Source: an uncultured virus (IMG/VR IMGVR_UViG_2061766007_000848)
Taxonomy: Duplodnaviria; Heunggongvirae; Uroviricota; Caudoviricetes
Virus record (IMG/VR): IMGVR_UViG_2061766007_000848
Length of the DNA stretch: 29,692 nucleotides
Reading direction: 5' to 3' (one strand)
A program made the translations under genes and the position numbers. Positions 1 through 8,236 of the stretch are shown one piece after another; within the stretch, counting starts at the first letter, position 1, and the number at the start of each line of letters is the position of its first letter. Under the pieces are notes generated by a model. It was not told the DNA's origin. It made no database searches and saw nothing but the letters and a program-made list of their open reading frames with translations.

Positions 1-36
1 TGATTGCAAAATTTTCCATTTTTCTAAATTTTTATG

Positions 37-225
37 TTATTTAATTTCAAACGTATCAACCCCTGGAATGGCAGCCAAACTTCCCCAGGTACCATGTAAT
101 TGCCCCGCATCGTCTATGCGTTCAATCGTACCTACCTTGCCAACCATTTCGGCTGCCGCCTTATCATATTCTTTATCGGCGTAAACCGATATTATTTTGA
201 TTACATCTCCAACCTTTGCTTTCAT
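37..225 (-). CDS. DUF4314-like small protein
   Basis: GTIERIDDAGQLHGTWGSLAAIPGVD resembles my recollection of the DUF4314 pattern (GTVxxVDDxGQIHVxW..SLALIPGxD); its ATG overlaps the upstream stop. Confidence 0.7.
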   Translation of the reverse strand: MKAKVGDVIKIISVYADKEYDKAAAEMVGKVGTIERIDDAGQLHGTWGSLAAIPGVDTFEIK

Positions 226-802
226 AACTTTATTCTTTTTAAAACTGCTTTCAACGTTTCTTCAAATTCCATCCCCTCTGTATCAATGGTTATTATTTTC
301 ACAAATTCGGTTTTTGAACATTGTTCGGAAATGAACTTTGCTTGGCTATTTTTAGCCCTAATGCTGTCTAATTTACTATCGGTGATATCCTTTTCTGTTT
401 TTCCTGATTCCAAAATTCTTTTCCGCAGCCGTTGGTAGTTTTCCCAAAGCCGTAAATTCAAATGAATCAAAATGAACTCGCAACCATAGTTTAAGCAAAT
501 TTCACACAACGGAATAATCCACTGAGCCGATGTTTGACTTCCTTCTATTAACGTAATTTCATGATGTTTTACGCAATGTTCCACGTTCCGAATTGCCCCA
601 TCCTTCTTCAACTTACCGAAAGAACTGTCCAAGCCGTCACATTGATTTCCCTTCAAGCAATTACCTATTGCCGCCACTCTTCCACCATCGACATATTCCT
701 GGGTATCTGTTGAAATAAGTTTCGGGCTGCGGGTTGATAAGTATTCAATCAACTGATTCCGGAGGGTGCTTTTNNNNNNNNNNNNNNNNNNNNNNNNTCC
801 AT
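222..802 (-). CDS. P-loop nucleotide kinase (resembles phage DNA-modification kinases such as 5-hmU DNA kinase); Walker A partly lost in an N gap
   Basis: Frame extends upstream of the track ORF to KSTLRNQLIEYL at 773, the tail of a GKST Walker A. ATG at 802 lies just across the gap at 774-797. Downstream motifs: AAIGNCLKGNQCDGLD, TLIEG (Walker B) and lid-like NYQRLRKR. Confidence 0.65.
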
Positions 803-811
803 ATAATTTTT

Positions 812-1108
812 TTATTCGACATAATCTTCACTTTCGTCATAATGAATAATTGGCGGGTTGGCGCCCATATAGGGAATAGCCCGCAACGTATTGTAATCAA
901 TCCACTCAATAGCGTCTTCGTAGGTCATGGCGTTTTTCTCGACTAAATAATCAACCATTTTATCATAATCGTACACCACGCCATTTTCCGTAACATCGAT
1001 AACAGCTGTAACATAATCGTAGCCCCGAAAAATTTTCAAGTCCTTGTAGCCTTTCTTTTCGATGTAATCAACTAACTTATCAACTGAATCGAATTCCATA
1101 ATAATCAA
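812..1108 (-). CDS. conserved hypothetical phage protein
   Basis: Clean ORF with VVYDYDKMV...MTYEDAIEWIDYNTLRAIPYMG..PPII, a pattern I recognise from phage hypothetical proteins. Confidence 0.7.
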   Translation of the reverse strand: MIIMEFDSVDKLVDYIEKKGYKDLKIFRGYDYVTAVIDVTENGVVYDYDKMVDYLVEKNAMTYEDAIEWIDYNTLRAIPYMGANPPIIHYDESEDYVE

Positions 1109-1120
1109 ATAAACGTATAT

Positions 1121-1777
1121 TTAAACCCTGTTGTGATTAGGTTCTTTTAAACCCCTCTTAACTTCACTCAAATGCCGTCTTTGCTCTTCAGTCCAACGCT
1201 TTCCATAATTTGGATTTTTATCCCCAATGTATCTGCCCTTCATTTTTTCTGACTGTTTACGTTTTTGTTCTTCAGTCGCAGGAACCCCTTTGTTATGCGA
1301 TGGTCTTCCTAAACTTTTCTTTCTCATTTTATCCCTTGTTTCTTCTGAATGCTTTCGCCCTGTAAATGTTCCAGGGTGTGTTTTAAAATATTCTTTCATT
1401 ATTTCAGATTGACGCTTTTTATATTCAGGGTTTTGAGTTGTTTGCCTATTTTTAATAGTCATTTTTTCAATCACTTCAGGCAATTTAGCAGGATTGTATT
1501 CCGAAGTGTTTACGTCGCCGTCGGCTATATTGTAACCAATGTTTTTATCTTGGGAATGATACTTTTTTATGTAAACATATTCCCAAATACGTAACTCATG
1601 AAGCGTTTTGCAGCGCCTTAAAATCTCGCGTTTGAAATTTTCTTTACCATGCTTTTTCAAAGCAAATTCAAAAGCGGTTCCGCTACCTAAATAACCATCG
1701 TTTTCATCACCCTCATGTTTTCCAATATAAATTTTACCATTGGTTAAACATGTTGTTTTGTAAATAAAACCTATCAT
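1121..1777 (-). CDS. free-standing GIY-YIG homing endonuclease with NUMOD3 repeats (Seg/I-TevI-like)
   Basis: FIYKTT...KIYIGKH, YLGSG, ENFKREIL, catalytic E, GYNI; C-terminal NUMOD3-type repeats GRKHSEETRDKM, ATEEQKRKQSEKM, GKRWTEEQRRHLSE. Confidence 0.92.
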   Translation of the reverse strand: MIGFIYKTTCLTNGKIYIGKHEGDENDGYLGSGTAFEFALKKHGKENFKREILRRCKTLHELRIWEYVYIKKYHSQDKNIGYNIADGDVNTSEYNPAKLPEVIEKMTIKNRQTTQNPEYKKRQSEIMKEYFKTHPGTFTGRKHSEETRDKMRKKSLGRPSHNKGVPATEEQKRKQSEKMKGRYIGDKNPNYGKRWTEEQRRHLSEVKRGLKEPNHNRV

Positions 1778-1790
1778 AAAACAAAAATTT

Positions 1791-1799
1791 TATTTACTA
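1791..1799 (-). promoter_or_regulatory. TAGTAAATA motif, candidate phage late promoter element
   Basis: 13 nt upstream of the endonuclease ATG; an identical 9-mer lies upstream of terL. Confidence 0.25.
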
Positions 1800-1823
1800 T
1801 AACTGCCGGGATTGACTATTGAC

Positions 1824-3536
1824 TTATATAAACGAATATTTAAATCCAGTGAATAATTTATTGGAACCTAAAGTTGCTAACCAAATAGAAGAACTAATAT
1901 CGTCATTCTCCCCTACTGACTCCAAGCCTTTGTCCGTAAACGCCACAGAACTTAAATCAGAAAAAATTAAATCTTTAACATCTTGCGAATATTTATCGCC
2001 AATCGGAATATGCATTTTTCCACGCTCCATTAAAATTGCTATGCCTGGCCAGCCTGTCTTCAAATCATATTTATCTATTCCCGTAGTATGACCGATGACG
2101 GGCATTCCTTGTTTATCACTTTCCTGGACAAAAATTTGTTGAAAAGTATTTTGCTCTAAAACCATACAATTTGGTCTAAAACGAACATTTATACCTCTCA
2201 AAACCTGCATTTGCTCATGGAACGTTTTTCCCCTATCTCGATACATGTGCAGCAAATACATTTCCCGATTTTCATCCACGCCCCAAACAGTGAAAACAGT
2301 GTAATCGGCTCCAACGTTTGCCGAAATACTAAAATCACACCCCACTACTACCTTTGAAAATTTAAGCGGAAAATCGTCAACATTTCTTACCAAAGTATAT
2401 TTTTCCATCCCAACTAAACAACGCTCTAAAACCTTTAATGGGAAAATTGATGACTCATTAGTTATCGGTCGACAAAGGTTCTCACGGCTGAAAATGATAT
2501 TTCCTTGCGTAACTTTTTTCTCCATTAAGTCGGCAAAACTCCATCGCTGTGGCCAAAGAATTCTTCCATCGGGGAATATGGCTGGATATTCGATAACAAA
2601 CCAACCTTTCTTGTTATCCGTAGCAAAGCAACTTTTGCTTTTCAGGTCGCCGTATAAGTCTGAAGCGTGGAATGGCGTTCCGACTACTATAATTTGACCA
2701 CCAGGCACAAGCATGTTCATTATGACTGAATGAAAGTAGTCTATGCTTTTTTGACGTTGGAGTGCGCTGTATATGACATTATCTTTTAGTCCGTCGTCAA
2801 CTACTATCCAATAAGGGTGGGCGCCACGTACCGATGACCCAAAACCCTTGCAAGTCAATCGGGCGCCATTTTTACAAACTATATTGGTGCTTGCCCAGGC
2901 GCCATTGTTTTTAGAGTCAGGCATTAGCCGTTCTTTCAGTATGTCGTTTCCTTCAATGGTGCCTTTTAGTATTTCCATTAAGTCTACGGACTGTTGAAGT
3001 GAAAAGCTGAATAGGTATCCGCGATTAGAATTACTCTTTGTAGGTCGTGCCGAAAATATTGTATTTTTCGGTTTCGCATACGAATACAGTTTCCAGGCGC
3101 AGTAAGCATTGGAAAAGTAGTAGGACTTTCCGTGGTCACGAGCCGCATTGATGCACAACTTATTGTAGCGGTGAACCAAGTCGCCCCACTCCAGATGATG
3201 CCAACTGAGTTGAAAATCGGGCATGACCGATGTGATAAAATACGTCAAATTTCGTGTTCGCAAAATTTCCTCAATTGACTGCGATAGCCTTTCAGTATAT
3301 TTCGGGGCAAAGTCAACATTCGGGTTCCCTGTGTACATGACCTGGTATGTATCCTGCATCAAATTATCTAACACCCAATCCAGGTCGCCCTGGGAACCTT
3401 GCATCAATTCCAAAATTCCCTGGTCGTCCATTCCATCGATTATTTCATCAACGATGTTCAAGCATTCCAAATGATGCATGGGCGATTGAATTAGTTGCCC
3501 TAAATTCTTTTCCGTTATTTCGGGAGCGGTTACCAT
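1824..3536 (-). CDS. terL: terminase large subunit
   Basis: Walker A AARDHGKS, VRGAHP, Walker B WIVVDD, coupling motif VVGTPF, RNase H-like nuclease VVGCDFS...ADYTV, and C-terminal ENDD. Confidence 0.95.
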   Translation of the reverse strand: MVTAPEITEKNLGQLIQSPMHHLECLNIVDEIIDGMDDQGILELMQGSQGDLDWVLDNLMQDTYQVMYTGNPNVDFAPKYTERLSQSIEEILRTRNLTYFITSVMPDFQLSWHHLEWGDLVHRYNKLCINAARDHGKSYYFSNAYCAWKLYSYAKPKNTIFSARPTKSNSNRGYLFSFSLQQSVDLMEILKGTIEGNDILKERLMPDSKNNGAWASTNIVCKNGARLTCKGFGSSVRGAHPYWIVVDDGLKDNVIYSALQRQKSIDYFHSVIMNMLVPGGQIIVVGTPFHASDLYGDLKSKSCFATDNKKGWFVIEYPAIFPDGRILWPQRWSFADLMEKKVTQGNIIFSRENLCRPITNESSIFPLKVLERCLVGMEKYTLVRNVDDFPLKFSKVVVGCDFSISANVGADYTVFTVWGVDENREMYLLHMYRDRGKTFHEQMQVLRGINVRFRPNCMVLEQNTFQQIFVQESDKQGMPVIGHTTGIDKYDLKTGWPGIAILMERGKMHIPIGDKYSQDVKDLIFSDLSSVAFTDKGLESVGENDDISSSIWLATLGSNKLFTGFKYSFI

Positions 3537-3543
3537 AGCACTC

Positions 3544-3552
3544 TATTTACTA
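3544..3552 (-). promoter_or_regulatory. TAGTAAATA motif, candidate phage late promoter element
   Basis: 7 nt upstream of the terL ATG, immediately after a terminator-like hairpin. Confidence 0.25.
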
Positions 3553-3553
3553 C

Positions 3554-3586
3554 AAAAGCCAACAAGGTTTTTACACCTCGTCGGCT
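3554..3586 (-). terminator. hairpin, probable intrinsic terminator upstream of terL
   Basis: Minus strand AGCCGACGAGG-TGTAAAAA-CCTTGTTGGCT followed by a short T run. Confidence 0.5.
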
Positions 3587-3611
3587 CCACAAATTAATTG
3601 GAATGAAAAAA

Positions 3612-4355
3612 TTACCACTTTAATTTTTCGGTGACTTTTGCTTTAAGTTCTTTCAGCAATTCCTTCTTACGTTCATCGGTCAGGTCTTCGTTAGTTTCGA
3701 TTGCCGTCCGATAGCGCAAAATATCATTCGATATTACTTCACACATTGAAAGCACTTCGGTTTTGATAGTTTCGCAACGCTTGGTTTTATTGAAATTCAA
3801 TGTGAATTCATAAATTCCTTTTGTGAACTGAAGTAAACCAAAAGCCCGAAGAAGTTGGAAAATCTTATCGGCTTTGCTGTGCGATAAGTTTGTTTTCCTT
3901 ACTACCTCTGTTCGGGTGAAAACTCGTTTCGATGCGTTTTCAATGGCGTCACCGCCCGTCAGGATTTCCCAAAGTTTCACCGCCTGGTCCTCAGCGTGCA
4001 AGCGGTTTGACGTATCGTTCAAAAAGTCTTCCAAACTACGTTTTTCCTTGTTTTCCTTATCACGCACGCTCAAGTAGTCATGGATGACTCTATCCTCAAG
4101 AATTACTACCTCAACGCCATTTTCCTTTGCGGCTTCAGTAGCCTTTGCCGCTACATNNNNNNNNNNNNNNNNNNNNNNNNNNNNNNNNNNNNNNNNNNNN
4201 TCAGCAGGAAGGCTTTTCTTGGCCTTTGCCTGGAGTTCTTCGGGTGATTGGATTTTACTTTCGGTTTTCGGTTTTGCCGTTTTAGTAGTTTTGCCTTCCG
4301 TTTTCGGTTTTGTTGTAGCGGTTTTCCGCTTTTTCGGTGTTTCGTTATCAGCCAT
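3612..4355 (-). CDS. hypothetical protein with Lys/Thr-rich N-terminus and probable winged-helix domain
   Basis: Likely start MADNETPKK at 4355; FTRTEVVRKTNLSHSKADKIFQLLRAFGLLQFTKG is wHTH-like; contains an N gap. Confidence 0.65.
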   Translation of the reverse strand: MADNETPKKRKTATTKPKTEGKTTKTAKPKTESKIQSPEELQAKAKKSLPAXXXXXXXXXXXXXXXXVAAKATEAAKENGVEVVILEDRVIHDYLSVRDKENKEKRSLEDFLNDTSNRLHAEDQAVKLWEILTGGDAIENASKRVFTRTEVVRKTNLSHSKADKIFQLLRAFGLLQFTKGIYEFTLNFNKTKRCETIKTEVLSMCEVISNDILRYRTAIETNEDLTDERKKELLKELKAKVTEKLKW

Positions 4356-4383
4356 AAATTTTCGATTTTTATTGTTAAACAAT

Positions 4384-5046
4384 CTATTTCGCTCCACACT
4401 TAAATTCAAAAAACTCACTTCCCTTTGCCCTACCTTTCGCAACTTCCTCTACACCATCCCCTCGCTTGGCACGCAATTTACGCATATACCAGCGTAATAA
4501 GTCGGCTGTTGCTTCAACGTCATTCATGGCGCCATGGGCGTCTGTTAGTTTGATTTTAGCCCTTTCACATGATGCGCCTAAATTCAATTTTTCTTCACCG
4601 CTTATTCCCCAAGTCAATTTAGCCAGGGGAAACGTATCAACAATATTGGGGTACATCCACTCCAAAACGCTTTCTTTATTCTGATAGGCCAACGCCCAAT
4701 TCAGGAACCGATTATCGAAAGTGACGTTGTGCCCAACGGGAACCAGGCGCCCCATTTCACGCTTTTTGGTTTTAGCCCGATGTGATTCCCAGAACTCGAT
4801 AGCGGTGGCAACAAAGTCCTTAACGTTCATTCCTTTGTTTATATCGGACATTGTAACCATCGTACTGTCCAAGGCTTGCTGCTCAATCACCAAATCGCCA
4901 TAAGGCTTCACGAAAGTTTCCCATCGGTCAATTTCCTTCAGAGTGGAGCCGTCCAAAATTACCGCCGCATATTGGGTGATTGGATTTTTAGTTTCGTCCA
5001 AACCGCCTGTCTCGCAGTCAAATACTATGTAGTCAGATTTTATCAT
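4384..5046 (-). CDS. dnaQ: DEDDh 3'-5' exonuclease (DnaQ / Pol III epsilon-like)
   Basis: ExoI IVFDCETGG, ExoII GHNVTFD, VDT, ExoIII HGAMNDV. Confidence 0.92.
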   Translation of the reverse strand: MIKSDYIVFDCETGGLDETKNPITQYAAVILDGSTLKEIDRWETFVKPYGDLVIEQQALDSTMVTMSDINKGMNVKDFVATAIEFWESHRAKTKKREMGRLVPVGHNVTFDNRFLNWALAYQNKESVLEWMYPNIVDTFPLAKLTWGISGEEKLNLGASCERAKIKLTDAHGAMNDVEATADLLRWYMRKLRAKRGDGVEEVAKGRAKGSEFFEFKCGAK

Positions 5047-5324
5047 TTCTTTTTCAATAAATCAAATATTTCCCATCCTTCAGTGTACTTTAATGTCCAT
5101 TTGCCGTCAGCGTCTTTTCGATAAACAACGACGTATCTTCCACGGAACTTTTCATTTGTTAACTTTGTAGTGGGATGCGGAACCTGCTCCTCATATGGAG
5201 CCACCCGAACAATTTCGCCTTCCGAATAAGGTTTCAGCAAATATTTGTTCCAGGGCTTTTTGGTAATGCCTTCTTTGAGCACCAAAAATTTAGGTAGTTT
5301 ATCTTTTTCCGTAATTGCTTTCAT
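5043..5324 (-). CDS. hypothetical protein
   Basis: 93-aa ORF; its stop overlaps the dnaQ start (ATGA). Confidence 0.7.
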   Translation of the reverse strand: MKAITEKDKLPKFLVLKEGITKKPWNKYLLKPYSEGEIVRVAPYEEQVPHPTTKLTNEKFRGRYVVVYRKDADGKWTLKYTEGWEIFDLLKKK

Positions 5325-5348
5325 TTTTCATTCCATTTTTGTTAAATT

Positions 5349-5385
5349 AAAAGAAAACGGAAAAGCAGTCTGCCCTTCCGTTTTC
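5349..5385 (-). terminator. intrinsic terminator after HU
   Basis: Minus strand GAAAACGGAAGGGCAG-A-CTGCTTTTCCGTTTTC followed by TTTT. Confidence 0.75.
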
Positions 5386-5395
5386 CGGCATCCAT

Positions 5396-5668
5396 CTACA
5401 ACACTTTTTTGATAGCAGATGTTGGAGTGAATCTCAGCGTATGACTCTCTGGAACGTCAAGCGGTTTTTTGGTCAACGGATTGATGCCCTTGCGAGCAGG
5501 GTTGACTTTCTGTTTGAACTTTCCGAGCAGCGGGAGGTTGACCTCGTCACCATTTTCAACGCAAGCCTTAACAATTATCGGGCACATTGCGTCAATCACT
5601 TTGTTAACGTCTGTTTGCGTTAGTCCGCTCTTTTTAGCCACTTCGGCTACCAATTCTGACTTTTTCAT
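5396..5668 (-). CDS. hup: HU family DNA-binding protein
   Basis: MKKSELVAEVAKKSGLT..., V.L..LGKF, ARKGINPLT, LRFTPTSAIK. Confidence 0.95.
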   Translation of the reverse strand: MKKSELVAEVAKKSGLTQTDVNKVIDAMCPIIVKACVENGDEVNLPLLGKFKQKVNPARKGINPLTKKPLDVPESHTLRFTPTSAIKKVL

Positions 5669-5716
5669 TTTACATTTACAATTAAATTTAACAAAAATTT
5701 GTAACTCTTATAGTTG

Positions 5717-6106
5717 TTACTCAATCACTATAACTTTGAGCCCCTCTATTTCCAATAAGTCGATTAAATGCTTCCATTTTTTATCACGGACTTCTTCCTT
5801 CATGTACCACATTGATAGGTCGGTTTTGCTGATGAACTGACTTGGCGTTAAGCCCTTGTTGATTGTTATTCCAAACTCGAAATGCGGCTTTGGCGTTTCA
5901 ACAAAGCGCATATCCTTTTCAATGCTTGTAAGGTCGTAAGCCGAAATGACTATCCCCTCCTCCTGGAAATTTATCATCGTCTTTTTTAAACGCTTGGGCT
6001 CCTCCTCAGCAGCATCGACAATATCGGCTATATTTTGCGGTTTAGAACCCTTCATGAATTGGGGCTTGCCGCTTTCCTCTGGTATTTGACTTTCCCTAAC
6101 TTTCAT
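5717..6106 (-). CDS. hypothetical protein
   Basis: Likely start MKVRESQ at 6106, which avoids overlap with the upstream gene. Confidence 0.7.
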   Translation of the reverse strand: MKVRESQIPEESGKPQFMKGSKPQNIADIVDAAEEEPKRLKKTMINFQEEGIVISAYDLTSIEKDMRFVETPKPHFEFGITINKGLTPSQFISKTDLSMWYMKEEVRDKKWKHLIDLLEIEGLKVIVIE

Positions 6107-6108
6107 TG

Positions 6109-6336
6109 CTAAAACACAAAAAGAATTTTCTTGTAAGATTTTCGATTCACCCGAATACAAGTATCAACCCCCAGGTCGCCATTGCCGAACAAACATGTTA
6201 CTATTTGCGGGTGATTTTTCCAATGCGGATAATCCTTTTCATCGGCTAAAACAACATCCCCGATACGAATTTTGCCGCTGGAAAGAACGTAGGTTGTATT
6301 TTCAACCCTTCTGATTTCAAGTCCAAATATTTTCAT
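6109..6336 (-). CDS. hypothetical protein
   Basis: 75-aa ORF with A-rich leader, in operon packing. Confidence 0.65.
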   Translation of the reverse strand: MKIFGLEIRRVENTTYVLSSGKIRIGDVVLADEKDYPHWKNHPQIVTCLFGNGDLGVDTCIRVNRKSYKKILFVF

Positions 6337-6389
6337 TTTTCAAAAATTATGCTGGTGAAAATAACTTTGATGTTCCCCCCCTTATAAAC

Positions 6390-6448
6390 CAAAAAGAAAA
6401 AGTGCGCAAAAAGAAAAAGTTTATCAAAAGTTTTTTATCAAAAACTTT
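6390..6448. repeat. direct repeat CAAAAAGAAAAAGT x2 plus adjacent inverted repeat
   Basis: 14-mers at 6390-6403 and 6407-6420; AAAGTTTTT-TATC-AAAAACTTT at 6427-6448; C7 run at 6375-6381. Confidence 0.6.
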
Positions 6449-6669
6449 AAATCAGTGCCTCTATACTCGNNNNNNNNNNNNNNNNNNNNNNNNNNNNNNN
6501 NNNNNNNNNNNNNNNNNNNNNNNNNNTAGCCGTATTGGCGTTTCAGAACGCTTTCAACCTTTTCCCGATTTTCGGCTTCAACTACCATTTTGACTTGTTT
6601 GATTTGTTCCTTTGGCGATTTGCTGCCAAAGAACTTAATCTTGAATTTTTTTAATACCAAGGCAATCAT
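6424..6669 (-). CDS. hypothetical protein (N gap inside)
   Basis: ATG overlaps the upstream stop; C-terminal frame is uncertain because of the gap. Confidence 0.55.
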   Translation of the reverse strand: MIALVLKKFKIKFFGSKSPKEQIKQVKMVVEAENREKVESVLKRQYGXXXXXXXXXXXXXXXXXXXXEYRGTDLKFLIKNF

Positions 6670-7052
6670 AACTCGATTTTTTTATCAATTTCTAAAAGTT
6701 TCAAAAACAAATTCAACTTGCTAACAGTTGGGCACGGAATACAAGGTACGTAAAAACCGCCCCCGAATTCATCCGTGGTCAGGGTTGCTAAAATATAGCC
6801 GTAATTAGGATTGGGCCAAATACGCCACATCAGGCTTATGTCGAAAGTTGATTCAAACGTCCTATCCTTGCTTCTTGTAAAATTCTTTTCCAGAATTTCA
6901 TCGGTCAACTTGATTTCGGAAAGGTCATCGGCTGAATAGCAATGCTCGTAATTTTTAGCGCAAATTTGATTATTGCTAATTATAGCCGTAATTTCAACCG
7001 CCTGGTCGCCATGTAAAACTTGGTCGCCAATAATCACATTTTCAAATTTCAT
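6666..7052 (-). CDS. hypothetical phage protein
   Basis: IGD.V ... IKLTDEILEKNF pattern common in Bacteroidota phage small proteins. Confidence 0.7.
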   Translation of the reverse strand: MKFENVIIGDQVLHGDQAVEITAIISNNQICAKNYEHCYSADDLSEIKLTDEILEKNFTRSKDRTFESTFDISLMWRIWPNPNYGYILATLTTDEFGGGFYVPCIPCPTVSKLNLFLKLLEIDKKIEL

Positions 7053-7165
7053 AGTTTCATTCTTTTTAACAATTCAACAATCATACCTATCATGGCTACA
7101 AAAACCATGAAAAATATAATTGCCGCAATCATACCGATTATTAAAACAAAATTCATATCAATCAT
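7049..7165 (-). CDS. small single-pass membrane protein (below the track's length cutoff)
   Basis: MIDMNFVLIIGMIAAIIFFMVFVAMIGMIVELLKRMKL; fills the gap with overlaps at both ends. Confidence 0.6.
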   Translation of the reverse strand: MIDMNFVLIIGMIAAIIFFMVFVAMIGMIVELLKRMKL

Positions 7166-7379
7166 CCTTTCCAGGGTGCCAGGTAGAGGAATGAATTTCG
7201 TATTCACGAACTTTGTAAATTCGTCCATTGCAGTCCACGTGGTACAAAATTTTTACAATCGCTTCATCAACAGGCTTAACAACGTACACCCGAATTTGTT
7301 TAACAACGCCATCAAAAACTGCCTTATCAGGCATTATCCTGACATTGTCGCCAATGTTATATTTTACTTCGATTTTCAT
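7158..7379 (-). CDS. hypothetical protein (SH3-like 'KYNIGD.V' type)
   Basis: MKIEVKYNIGDNV start; coupled to its neighbours. Confidence 0.7.
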   Translation of the reverse strand: MKIEVKYNIGDNVRIMPDKAVFDGVVKQIRVYVVKPVDEAIVKILYHVDCNGRIYKVREYEIHSSTWHPGKDD

Positions 7380-7582
7380 AAATCAATCTTTTCAATTTTT
7401 TCAACGCCCAAAATCGTTTCACCATCATATTCGATTGCTTTCGCATCGGGCGCTGGTTTGTAATGCAGTTCAAAATAATCGTAGGTTCCGTCGCCAAACG
7501 TAACCTTATAAATTCTCTTCTGGGGTGCGCAACTCGATAATAGCGCTGCCCCCAGGATTAACATTGTTACTACTTTTTTCAT
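7376..7582 (-). CDS. small predicted lipoprotein
   Basis: MKKVVTMLILGAALLSSC is a signal peptide with a lipobox Cys. Confidence 0.7.
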   Translation of the reverse strand: MKKVVTMLILGAALLSSCAPQKRIYKVTFGDGTYDYFELHYKPAPDAKAIEYDGETILGVEKIEKIDL

Positions 7583-7715
7583 TTTTTAGTGTTTTTGTAT
7601 CGAAAAATTTATGATATTGATTATATCTGTAATTTCGTTCGCATTCGCTACAACTTCCTAAACAAAGTTCTTCCGAAACAAAGAACTTACAATTCAAACA
7701 CTTTATCATCGTCAT
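7506..7715 (-). CDS. small Cys-rich hypothetical protein
   Basis: CLNC...CLGSCSEC; overlaps the lipoprotein gene by 77 nt. Confidence 0.45.
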   Translation of the reverse strand: MTMIKCLNCKFFVSEELCLGSCSECERNYRYNQYHKFFDTKTLKNEKSSNNVNPGGSAIIELRTPEENL

Positions 7716-7938
7716 CCTCTTTATAGTCGATTAAAAGTTTGACCAATAACCATTTCACTGAAAAGTAGATAATGCCCCCGAAAGTTCCGTGGATAAATAG
7801 CGAGCCGAAAAAACTCACCAAAGTATATTCACCATTCTCGCTCCATGAATAGTAAGCGTAAACCATTATCAGCGCAACCCCGATTATGCAAACCAGGGCA
7901 TTCAAAAAGTTCAAAAATTTAAACGCTTTCATGACCAC
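7687..7938 (-). CDS. two-TM membrane protein
   Basis: Two hydrophobic stretches and an acidic tail. Confidence 0.65.
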   Translation of the reverse strand: MVMKAFKFLNFLNALVCIIGVALIMVYAYYSWSENGEYTLVSFFGSLFIHGTFGGIIYFSVKWLLVKLLIDYKEDDDDKVFEL

Positions 7939-7943
7939 CCCTC

Positions 7944-8216
7944 CTACTTAACTTCTTTTGATTTACAAACTAAAACGTCGCCTACAATAAAGTCGCCAAA
8001 GTAAACCTGGTGCTGATAAATTTCGGTTGCTTTTTCATTATAGGGCAAATCATTCAATTTTCCCTCTTCGTTGATGACCATTATGTCATGATTTTTCATT
8101 TGGGCTATTTCGATATATCCGCCCACGATTTCCTGGAGTTCAGCTAACTTGAAATCTTTTCCATTTTTCGGCTCGATGTCTAACACCTCACCATTTGCTT
8201 TGTAAATCTTTGCCAT
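7944..8216 (-). CDS. DUF3846-like protein
   Basis: LAELQEIVGGYIE...MVINEEGKLNDLPYNEKAT...DFIVGDVLV. Confidence 0.85.
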   Translation of the reverse strand: MAKIYKANGEVLDIEPKNGKDFKLAELQEIVGGYIEIAQMKNHDIMVINEEGKLNDLPYNEKATEIYQHQVYFGDFIVGDVLVCKSKEVK

Positions 8217-8236
8217 AGTTTTGAATTTTTGTTGTT

